Shown here piece after piece: positions 37,908 through 48,416 of a DNA stretch of 64,000 bases; within the stretch, counting starts at the first letter, position 1, and each line of letters opens with the position of its first letter. This DNA comes from Batkoa obscura (lineage: Eukaryota). The stretch lies in NCBI GenBank assembly GCA_030770535.1, contig JASVEC010000027.1:620001-684000 (forward strand), read 5' to 3'. The position numbers and the translations under genes were made by a program. The notes beneath the pieces are model-generated. The model was not told where the DNA came from and did not search any database. It saw only the letters and a program-made list of their open reading frames with translations.

Positions 37908-38667
37908 ATGGGTAGCTTATTTCGTATGTTTAAAAATTATTTATCGGTGGTAAGTAAAATTGAAATTTAATAGAAATTAAAATGAAAGAAATTTTGTTTT
38001 AATTAGTACTCATTGATTTTTATTTTATTTTATTATAATAGAACCCAACCTTACTTGAATCTTGTATGAAAGTGGGTGAATTTCGTATACCACCTGGGTA
38101 AGTTTTAAGATACTTTTATTTTCTATTTTTGTTAATGAAACGCTATTTTTTTATTTGAATATTGAACCATTGATATTTTTCAATTTTATACTAAATAAAG
38201 AAACGAAATAAAAAAACAAAGATATAAAATCAAATTCTTATAGACTATTTTTATCTAAAAAGTAATACTAAAATTCATTCTCTTTTAGTTCCATCGAAAC
38301 CCCATACAAACAAATACCAGGAGAAGTCAGTTCCAAATTAAGTAAAAATTATTATTTTACTAGAGATGTGCGTCGAAATTATCCAAAAACAATAACTTAT
38401 ACACAAGGGGAAGTAGCGTTATTATTAAATCAACCAGCAATGAAACAAATTGAAAGCAATGAAAATAAGGAAGTAGAAGAAAGTAAAGAAATTAAAATTG
38501 GTACTTTAGAAGAAAATATTGCTCAATTAAAACTAATTGTGGAAGATAAAGATAGTTTAAATGCATTTTTACCTCCAGTACCTGGTAAGCGTTATCGTTA
38601 TCAAATCTCAGATGAGGATTATAAAATGAAACCAGGTACTTATTGGCCCATTTATTTAGTTAAATAA
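37908..38667 (+). CDS. Complex I accessory subunit, NDUFA7/NUZM (21.3 kDa)-like (3 exons)
   Basis: Spliced MGSLFRMFKNYLSV/NPTLL..EFRIPPG/..SKLSKNYYFTRDVRRNYP; the KLSxNYYxxRDxRR motif is typical of this family. Confidence 0.75.
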
Positions 38668-39099
38668 ATTAGTGTTATTTGATTGTTTTTTGGATGGAAT
38701 TTTTATTGTATTTGTATTTGTATTTGAGATAGTATGAAATATTAATTAATTTTTTCTATTTAGAATGAATATGACATTATATTTAATATTTTGATAAATT
38801 TTATAATTTCAAATAATACAACGCTTTATTTAATGTTTGATATATTTTTATTTTAGTAATAGTATGACGTTTTTTTTTAATGTTTGGTTTTATTTGATTT
38901 TGGAACTGTTAAATGTTTATAAATTGAATTTTTCAAGTTAATTTATGAAATTATTGAAACATATAATTAGTTTAAAAACAAGAAATATCAAAAATTAACT
39001 GATAAATTTAATAGGAAATTAATATAAAACATAACATTATGAAAAATTAAATATTTTAAAAGTTCTTACTTTTATTTAGAATTTAGATTATTACAACTC

Positions 39100-40650
39100 A
39101 TGAAATTATTATTGTTTTTACTGTCATTACTCCCCTTCATTTTCAGTACTAAAAAAGTGATTGTTGGTTACTATGTTCCATGGGGTAAATTAGAACCGGA
39201 AAATATTCCATATAAAAAATTAACACATATCAATTATGGATTTGGTATTTTAACGAACAAAAAGAATGTTAGTGAGATTAAAATTGATCGTTATTATGAT
39301 GGTAATCGAATTAAAAAGATTATTACTTTAGCAAAACAATATAATGTTAAAGTATTATTATCTGTTGGTGGCTGGACAGGCTCACAAACAATGTCTTTAA
39401 TTGTTAGGGATAAAGAGGAAAGAAAAAGGTTTATTGAAAATTGTTTATTATATTTAAGATTGAATACATTACCTGAATGGGAAGAAAATCCAAATGGTTG
39501 GGGATTTGATGGTATTGATATTGATTGGGAATATCCAGGACGAAAAGGTAGTATGTGTAATAGTTATGATATTCAAGATAGTGAAAATTATTTGAAATTA
39601 TTAAAGGAATTAAGAGAAAGTATAGATAAGGAATTTACAAAGGAAAAGAAATTAATAACAGCAGCAGTAAGATGTGAACCATTTGATAATAGTTATGGTC
39701 AACCAATGAAAGATGTTAGTGGCTATGCTAAGTATTTTGATTTTATTAATATAATGGCTTATGATTCTATGGGCCCATGGTCAGATACAACAGGACCTAA
39801 TTCACCTTTTTTATTACATAAGAAAGTTGATAAAAATTCATTTTCATTTATAGAATCAATAGATAATTGGATTCAAGCTAAATTTCCAATTAATCAAATT
39901 ACAGTGGGTATGCCATTTTATGGAAGAGCTTTTTTAACTACAGAAGATATGAATTTAAATCCAAATAAAATTTTTGTTAATAAGGCAAAGGAAATTCCAA
40001 AAGGAGATGAAAGTGATAGTAATGAACCTAATTTTTATTGTAATGAAGGGAGTACTTATTCTGGTATTTATAAATATAAATTTATTAGAAAAGATATTAT
40101 TGTCAATAAAAATAATGTTAATACTATTAGTCCAGTGATGAATAATCATAATAGTGTAGTTAATAGTGTAGTTAATAATGTTGCCAATGTCATTAATGAG
40201 AATAGTAATGATAATAATGAGAATACAAATGAAGAATTAATTAATACAAATAATGAAGATTTAGATGTTATTAGTCAATATAATAATAATAATTATAAAA
40301 TCATTAATGGCTATAAAAAATATTGGGATAATAGTACTATGTCTCCTTGGTTATTTAATAGTCAAGAAAATAAATTTATTAGCTATGATGATATCGAGTC
40401 GATTAAATTGAAAGTAGATTATGCTAGTAAAATTGGCTTATTAGGGGTAATGTTTTGGGAATTATCTCATGATTATCAAGATGAATTAATTGATCAATTA
40501 CAATTTATTAATACTAAAAGAGAAAGTTATGAGAATTATCATTATTATTTTAATAAATATAAAAGATTAGAATATATTAATAATAGGATTTATGAAAGTA
40601 ATAATCGTAATAATAGTTCTATTAAATCAAAGAAAATTATTTACAATTAA
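39100..40650 (+). CDS. Secreted GH18 chitinase (Chi3) with Asn-rich insertion
   Basis: Signal peptide, SVGGW, DGIDIDWEYP, MAYD, ISYDD. Confidence 0.92.
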   Translation: MKLLLFLLSLLPFIFSTKKVIVGYYVPWGKLEPENIPYKKLTHINYGFGILTNKKNVSEIKIDRYYDGNRIKKIITLAKQYNVKVLLSVGGWTGSQTMSLIVRDKEERKRFIENCLLYLRLNTLPEWEENPNGWGFDGIDIDWEYPGRKGSMCNSYDIQDSENYLKLLKELRESIDKEFTKEKKLITAAVRCEPFDNSYGQPMKDVSGYAKYFDFINIMAYDSMGPWSDTTGPNSPFLLHKKVDKNSFSFIESIDNWIQAKFPINQITVGMPFYGRAFLTTEDMNLNPNKIFVNKAKEIPKGDESDSNEPNFYCNEGSTYSGIYKYKFIRKDIIVNKNNVNTISPVMNNHNSVVNSVVNNVANVINENSNDNNENTNEELINTNNEDLDVISQYNNNNYKIINGYKKYWDNSTMSPWLFNSQENKFISYDDIESIKLKVDYASKIGLLGVMFWELSHDYQDELIDQLQFINTKRESYENYHYYFNKYKRLEYINNRIYESNNRNNSSIKSKKIIYN

Positions 40651-40833
40651 TATTATAATATTAGATTATTTATTTATTCTTCTCCTTTTGATTCCTATTT
40701 TCATTATTTCTAATCAATACATTTGAACTTCAATTCCACGAATCAAATAAACTTTATGTTTCAAAAACGGTCACTTTTACAAATCTTATATTTTTATTTT
40801 ATTTTTTATTTTTTAGATTTAATAGGAATAATA

Positions 40834-43450
40834 ATGAATGAAATAACACCTGTATTTAATAATAGTTTAAATATAAAATATCATTTAATATTTTCCATTT
40901 TATTATTTTCAATTACTTTATTATTAAGTTTTAAAAGATATTTACCTTTTTGGTTTACTACTCATATTCAATTAAAAAATGATATTAATAATAATGAAAC
41001 AACTCCATTGTTAAGTAATAGTAATGGAAATAATAATAGTAATATATATATAAACAATAATAATGATAACAATACAATAATAACAACTACTATTATTCCT
41101 AACATCAAACTACCAATAATAATATTAATTAGTATCAATTTAATATTAAGTTTAATACCAATATTAATAATAATAGTATATAGTTTATATAATAAGCAAT
41201 GGATCAATACAATTTATGTATTAATTATAATAATTAATTTATTTAATTGGTGTTTGATTTGTTTTATTTTATTAATTGAATTTAATTTATTTTTAACTAT
41301 TAATTATGCTTGGTTAATGTATTGGTGGAGTGGATTTAAATTATTAAGTGATATTCCATTAACTTTGTTTTTTTTAAATTGGTTAAAAGGTAATTAATAT
41401 TATATTTTAATTTGTATTTTAATTTATATTTTAATTTATATTTTAATTTATATTTTAATTTATATAGATAATAATGATAGTCCAAAAGAAAGTATATTAT
41501 TATTATTCAGTATTATTAATTTATTACAATTTTTATTTTTAATAATTTATACTATTATTTCTTTTATTTGGTTATATAAATATAACTTTCCGTTTAATTG
41601 TTATTTTATTCCAATTAATAATACTCCAACCATTGTCGATAATACGAGTACTAGAACTAATAATAACGATAGTTTAAGTTTTATTAATCAGTTGAAACAT
41701 GTGTTACCTTATTATTGGCCAAAAAATCAATTAAAATTACAATTATTTATTATATTAGCTTTAATATTATTAGTAATTAGATTAATTGTTAATCCATTAA
41801 CTCCTAAACAATATAAAATTATAATTGATCAATTAAATGAAAACGATTATTTAGGTAAGAATAATAATATGTTATATTATCACTTATAATATTTATTAAT
41901 TTATTATATATTTTTATTATAGATAAAAATAATAAACAAAATATTTATATTTCGGTTATTATTTATGGTGGTTTAAAATTATTACAAGGAAGTGTAAGTT
42001 TAATAATTTGATTTTTAGTTTTCAATTTAGTTTATTTTTAGAACGGTTTAATATCTTCATTACAATCTTGGGTATTAATTCCAATTAATCAAGTAAGATA
42101 TATAATAATAATTATAATAATAATATTATTTATTTATTTATTTATTAATATAACTTTTATTTCTATTAAATTAGTATGTTACTAATTCAGTTTCAATTGA
42201 TATGTTTTCACATCTTCATTCGTAAGCTATTAAATATAATTTAATGATGATTTATATTTATATTGATAATAATTAATAATAATTAACATTTATTTTTAGT
42301 TTATCATTAGAATTTCATATTAAACGTAAAACAGGTGAAATACTAAGAATGATGGTAAATTAAATTTAAATCATTATAAAATTATAACTTAATAATTAAT
42401 AATATAGGATCGTGGTACTTCTAGTATTGTTTCTTTAATGAATTATTTATTATTTTCTATTTTCCCAACAATTATGGATATTATTATTGCACTTATTGTT
42501 ATTTTAATAGATTTTGATATGTCTTATTCTATTATTATATTAATATCAATGAGTATATACATTTATATAACCATAGCAATCACTCAATGGCGAACTAAAT
42601 TTCGAAGAGATATGAATGAACTTAATAATAAAGTCAATGGTATTGCTGTTGATTCTTTATTAAATTTTGAAACAGTCAAATATTTTAATGCGGAAAATTA
42701 TGAAGTTGAACGATATGAAATTGCAATGAAAAAATATTTAGAAGCGGATCAAAAAAATAGTGCTTCGTTACCAATATTAAATTTAGTACAAAATATTATA
42801 CTCACATTGGCATTATTATTGGGTTCTTTATTATGTTCATATCAAATTACAATAGGTAAAAGTTTTAATTAAATAAAAATATAAGAAATATTAATTTTTA
42901 TTTTAGGAACTAAAAAAATAGGCGATTTTGTTTATTTTAATGCTTATTTATTACAATTATCAGTACCTGTAAGTTTATTTGTATATTAATTCTTTATAAT
43001 TTATTTATTTTTTAGTTAAATTTTTTTGGTACATTATATCGAATGATTCAACAAAATATGATTGATATGGAAAAAATGATTGAGTTAAAAAATCAAGAAC
43101 AAAGTGTTAAAGATAACCAAAATAGTTTAAAATTAAATGTAACTAAAGGAGAAATTGAGTTTAGTAAGTTTATAATTATAACAATTAATATTTTAATAAT
43201 ATTTTAATAGAAAATGTATCATTTAAATACAATGAAGATAAACAAATATTAAATTCAATTAATTTCAAAGTATTAAATGGACAAAGAGTAGCTTTAGTTG
43301 GTCCATCAGGTGGTGGTAAATCAACTATATTAAAATTATTATTTCGATTTTATGATTGTCAATTTGGTCAAATATTAATTGATAATCAAGATATTAATCA
43401 AGTTCAACAAAATTCATTAAGAAATTTTATTGGTGTTGTACCACAAGTAA

Positions 43451-43501
<51 letters not shown>

Positions 43502-44253
43502 TATTATTCATTATTTTATTATGTATTTAATATATATTAATATATACTAATTTTATTCTTATTTTTTAATAGGATACAGTATTATTTAATGAAACTATAA
43601 AATATAATATTGGCTATGGTAAGCCTAGTTCTAGTGACGAAGAAATCTATGAAGCAGCTAAAATGGCTCAAATTCATGAAAAAATTATGGGATTTCCACA
43701 AGGCTACGATACAATTGTTGGAGAAAGAGGATTAAGGTTATCGGGGGGTGAAAAACAAAGAGTAGCTATCGGTAATATTATAATTTTTTATTATTTATTT
43801 AAATTTAAATAATTAAATTATTTAGCTAGAACAATATTAAAAAATCCAAAAATACTTTTGTTGGATGAAGCTACTTCCGCTTTAGATACGTAAGAAAAGA
43901 GTTTTTTATTATGTTGAATTTATTCATTTTTAATAATTATTATTATTATAGTACCACTGAAAGACAAATTCAAGAAGCATTTAATACCATAATTAAAGGA
44001 AAAACAACATTGATAATAGCTCATCGATTATCTACTATTGTTAATTCAGATCTTATTTTATGGTAAGAAAAGAGATTGAAAATAATATTTAATTAATAGA
44101 ATTGATAATTTATAAATTTATATTAATTATTTTATATTTTATCTTAGCATTAAAAATGGCCAAGTAATAGAAAGTGGTAACCATAATGAATTAATTAAGA
44201 TTGAAAATGGCGTTTATAAAGAAATGTGGGAAAAACAATTATTTGAGGAGTAA
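40834..44253 (+). CDS. HMT1/ABCB6-like ABC half-transporter (many introns)
   Basis: N-terminal extra TM domain, [35 protein letters not shown], Walker [27 protein letters not shown]; start codon uncertain. Confidence 0.85.
43453..43500. repeat. (AAT)n microsatellite in ABC transporter intron
   Basis: About 16 AAT units. Confidence 0.9.
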
Positions 44254-45076
44254 AAGAGGACAATAAGGAGTATAGAGAATCAAATTATTTTTTGTTGAAT
44301 AAATGCGAGTATAAATTAATTTTATGTATGTATAATAGTTTGATTTATTAAGATATTTCAATAAAAAAATCATATTTTATAGTTTATAGTTTATAGTTTA
44401 TAGTTTATAGTTTGTAGTTTATGGAGGGGTCTTTTTTGAAAAATTAATATCAACTCAGTTTAAAGATAAAAGTTATTATAAGATAATATCGTTAAAAATA
44501 TAAAGAATAAAAATAAATACTGAGATTGATATAAACTTAAAATATTAAAAATAATTCAAATAAGTTAACTTTATAACAATATTTAATGCTGTTATAACCT
44601 TTAGAATTTTATTTTATTTTATTTTATTTTATTAAACTGATTTTTAATATTCAAAAATAATTATTAGTAAAAATGACTATATTGATAGAAAATATGGGGG
44701 TGTCCGAATTGGTTTCATTTTTTTATCCAATTTTTAAATATTTATATTTTAAAAACTTTGCTTAAAATTCTATAAAAATAAATTCTTTATTAAAAGCCAA
44801 AAGTACCCGACACAGTTTTAAATTATTTTGTTATAATTTATATTGTCAATTAGCGGAATTTTTATTAAATTTAATATAAATTCCTGGATTAGTAAAGATT
44901 TTACTAATATAGCCTGTATAGTGATATTAGTCAAAGTTGTAATATGTAAATAAATATATGCTTTTATATAGCTTTATTAAGAAATATTTATTATTAATTG
45001 TTTTATATTCAACACTACAGATTTGCTATCAAATGAATAAATTATTTTAATGTTATAATTACATTATTAATATATC

Positions 45077-45218
45077 GCTAAGTTAATAAATAGCTGCATG
45101 GGAGGGAGTGGTTAGCCCCAAAACTATAATTAACCATCCCTATGTAATACAAGCAGTGTATTAATAGTTTTTACTTATTATTACAACTACTTGCTCTTTG
45201 ACTATTTATTAACTTAGC
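45077..45218. mobile_element. 142-bp foldback element nested in the Sola-like transposon
   Basis: Perfect 17-bp IR GCTAAGTTAATAAATAG; TATC directly repeated on both flanks. Confidence 0.55.
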
Positions 45219-45275
45219 TATCAATAATTTAAGTAATATCAACATTTAATAATTGATTTCTATCATCTAATAAGC

Positions 45276-45748
45276 TGTGAAATATTGCTTTATTTAGCTC
45301 TCGGATTGATTATAACGCAACAATCACTTAAGTTGCTGTGTTCTCAAGTTCAAATACAATCAAGTCAGAGTCCCTTATTTTGATTTGCTGCGAGAATTTC
45401 TAACTTCATATTGCAAGGAATAACATCCTCTCGTATTAATATCCATATTTATTGGAGTATAAAAGAGATTCTTCAATATGATAACTCCAGGTTTTTTTTT
45501 TTTTTAATTGGATTACTCCCTGATAACGTATCATTAATAAAGTCACTAAGTCTTTCTGACAACATCTGATATAGATTTTATAGTAGTATCTTCCATTGTA
45601 TTTGTTTTACATAATTTGTAGCTTACTACATACTATTTCTATTAAGTTAAGTCTACCTTAGTTATATAAACTAAGACCCTTCGACTCAAGGCAAGTTAAT
45701 TAAGCAAGAGTAGCTTTTAACTTCGGCCACTAAGTATCAACTTTCACA
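45276..45748 (+). repeat. 5' LTR
   Basis: TGTGAAA...TTTCACA termini; direct repeat of 52465-52937. Confidence 0.95.
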
Positions 45749-45750
45749 CT

Positions 45751-45767
45751 TGGCGCTCATAGCTGGG
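45751..45767 (+). promoter_or_regulatory. Primer-binding site
   Basis: TGGCGCTCATAGCTGGG, 2 nt after the 5' LTR, complementary to a tRNA 3' end ..UAUGAGCG-CCA; tRNA identity not determined. Confidence 0.75.
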
Positions 45768-45866
45768 AAAGCTCCTATAACTACACTAGGTAGCCTTTAT
45801 AGCCTTTCCTTTACGGTTCTTACCGCGTAACCACCCCAACCCTCCAATCCCCTTAATTCACAGACT

Positions 45867-48368
45867 ATGATCAACAATAGCCTCATACCCTATTTTGCTG
45901 ACTCAAGATATCTCCTTGATAACCGTCAACAATTGACTATCACTGAATATGACATGGGTAGTAGTGATGAAGAAGAAGCTAGTGTTCTGACCCCAGAAAT
46001 AGACACTGCTGCTTTAAATCAAGCTGCCCTACCTCCTCATGTTGTAAGCTCGGTCGTTACCTATGGAGCTGTTCCTATGCACGTTCTTAATGGTGATCTC
46101 TCTGCTTGGAGACAATACCAAAGTAGTAGCTCCAGTACCCAAATTACTTTTCGTGCTCAGTACCAAACGGTACCTACCCTTTCCCACGTTCAACAATATT
46201 TAGTAGAGTTCTTGCACAACAAACTCATCCAGATGGTTGGTGAACTCAACCGTCTCTCAACTCACAATAATGAATTGTCTACCTCTTTAAGCTCGCTTCT
46301 AGGTACGGTTAATAATCTCTCCATGGTCATCAACCAAAACAATGATGTCATCACCCCATCAAATGAATTCCATACCAGTAAGTTTAATGAATTCAACCAA
46401 AGGCTCAATGATACTGTTAGTTATGAAGTATATAGAGATTTGGCAAGAGAAGTAGGAGACTTCAAGGCTGAATTGCATCAGCTTGATACTGCCTTACATT
46501 CCGAACTCATTAAGATCTCTGACGAGATCAACCTTTCCCTCACTGAGATCAATGACCATACTGCTCAAAGGATCTCAGATATCGACGGAAAAGTGAAAAT
46601 CACTTTTGCAGAACTTAATAGATCGTTGATGACTAGATTCACCGAGTATAATCATCGTTTATCCTATGTTGAGCAATCCCCTGCGTCTGCATCAGCCAAA
46701 GATGCCAGAATCTTGGCTTTAGAACAAGATTTAGCTGCTTGTAATGTACAACTGACTCAACAAGTGACCACCATTAGCCAGCTCATCACTTCCAATAATA
46801 ATTTGAAGGAACAAATTAGATTAGATAAAGAGCAGTCAGCGGCTGACTGGGAAGAAATTTCGCGTAATATACAGAGTACCAAGGAAGAGCTTATTATTCT
46901 TCAAACTAAGGTAGCTTCCAATACCAGCCAAATCAAGGCATCTTCTTGTAATTGTAGAAAGGAACGTATCGCTGTTTCAGCACCTCACTCCAGACTCTCG
47001 ACTTATAGAGATGTTCCGAGATATAATATGTATGATCTAGGTGATGGTACCACAGAATCTATTCTTGACACTGAATATCAAATGAACCCTAAGTATCGTG
47101 GTTCTATTCACTTGGTACAACCGGATGATCAACCCAAGAAAGGAGAAAGTCCACCTCAATTACTTCCTAGAATGACCACTGCACCTACTGATGGTATTTA
47201 CTCAAGAAACCCTGCTACAGGATCTAATGCTGAGCCAATAAGATCTCATGTACAACCCTATGCTGAAGTTAACCTGGACAATCCTTTTAACAATAGTAAC
47301 AAAAACAAGTTGCCATATATTGCTCCAAAAATCACTCAACATGTACCCTATGAGCAATCTTCATCTCACTACGTACAACCCGAGCGGATTCCTGTTCAAA
47401 ATAACTATGGTATATCACATAATAATCATGACGCCTATTATGGCCATCCTGGACCTTCTGGTAACAATCTAAACCCGCATAGCTTCTCAACATACCCCCA
47501 CAATTATCCGAGAAGCTCCCAACCCGTTAATACCAAGTTTAATTTTAGTCTCCTATTCAATCCAAATGAAATCACTGCTACTACTTTCATCAAAGCGCTA
47601 GAAGTTCATCTTGATGCCAACAATTGGACCTACGAGTGTCGCCCTCAATGTCTCTTAGGTCAGCTTCAAACAAACGAGCTTTCCTGGTGTATGACCCTAC
47701 CTGATGACTTACGCAGTAACTGGAACTCTTTTAAAAAGGCATTCATAGATCACTATGATTCCGATGTAAAAATGGAAGCAAAAAAGGCAGCCCTTTTATC
47801 TTTACGACTAGACGATGAAAGCAAACTTGAAAATTACATTGCAAACGTAAAAAATCGTGCTAATGCTTTAATTTCCTGTGGGAAGTTAAGCGTTACAGAC
47901 CTCCGCCTGGCCTTCCAACGAAACCTTCCAAGTCACATCGCACGTCTTTTTCTAGACCCTCATCATAATATCACCAATATTACTCAGATGATAGAGATTT
48001 TAGAGCTATACCTCGGAAGTCCAAAAAGCGAAGTTAAATCCAAGAAACTATACGTTAATCATATAGATAAAGAAACGGACAACAACGAATATCTTCATTG
48101 CTTTGCCATTACACAACAGCACTACTCCAACCATCGTAAATCTCGAGTATTTACTGGATGCTGGAACTGTGGTGAACATGGACATATTGCCGTCAATTGT
48201 ATTGAACCAAAGCCAGAAAATGGTATTTTTAAATATTACTTTGAAAAAAATGTTCGCAATAGTAAACATTTTAACAAAAATAAACAAGTTAATCACCTCA
48301 ATTATAATTATAATGATGGTGACACTGAAAAGTTTGTTGACCCCAACAGCGAGTCAAAAAACTTCTAA
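45867..48368 (+). CDS. gag: Gag with long coiled-coil N-terminal region
   Basis: Capsid-like W..FKKAFIDHY segment, zinc knuckle CWNCGEHGHIAVNC. Confidence 0.9.
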   Translation: MINNSLIPYFADSRYLLDNRQQLTITEYDMGSSDEEEASVLTPEIDTAALNQAALPPHVVSSVVTYGAVPMHVLNGDLSAWRQYQSSSSSTQITFRAQYQTVPTLSHVQQYLVEFLHNKLIQMVGELNRLSTHNNELSTSLSSLLGTVNNLSMVINQNNDVITPSNEFHTSKFNEFNQRLNDTVSYEVYRDLAREVGDFKAELHQLDTALHSELIKISDEINLSLTEINDHTAQRISDIDGKVKITFAELNRSLMTRFTEYNHRLSYVEQSPASASAKDARILALEQDLAACNVQLTQQVTTISQLITSNNNLKEQIRLDKEQSAADWEEISRNIQSTKEELIILQTKVASNTSQIKASSCNCRKERIAVSAPHSRLSTYRDVPRYNMYDLGDGTTESILDTEYQMNPKYRGSIHLVQPDDQPKKGESPPQLLPRMTTAPTDGIYSRNPATGSNAEPIRSHVQPYAEVNLDNPFNNSNKNKLPYIAPKITQHVPYEQSSSHYVQPERIPVQNNYGISHNNHDAYYGHPGPSGNNLNPHSFSTYPHNYPRSSQPVNTKFNFSLLFNPNEITATTFIKALEVHLDANNWTYECRPQCLLGQLQTNELSWCMTLPDDLRSNWNSFKKAFIDHYDSDVKMEAKKAALLSLRLDDESKLENYIANVKNRANALISCGKLSVTDLRLAFQRNLPSHIARLFLDPHHNITNITQMIEILELYLGSPKSEVKSKKLYVNHIDKETDNNEYLHCFAITQQHYSNHRKSRVFTGCWNCGEHGHIAVNCIEPKPENGIFKYYFEKNVRNSKHFNKNKQVNHLNYNYNDGDTEKFVDPNSESKNF

Positions 48369-48416
48369 GTGGGAGGGTAAATGAGGATCCCCCTTCCACG
48401 AAATCAAAAATTCCTC
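48356..48416 (+). promoter_or_regulatory. -1 ribosomal frameshift signal
   Basis: A AAA AAC heptamer in gag frame, 6-nt spacer, 9-bp stem GTGGGAGGG/CCCTTCCAC. Confidence 0.8.

Noticed and set aside
12913..44253. SreA plus HMT1-like gene as an iron-homeostasis cluster
   Set aside because: 27 kb apart with unrelated genes between; no ATCWGATAA noticed upstream of the transporter.
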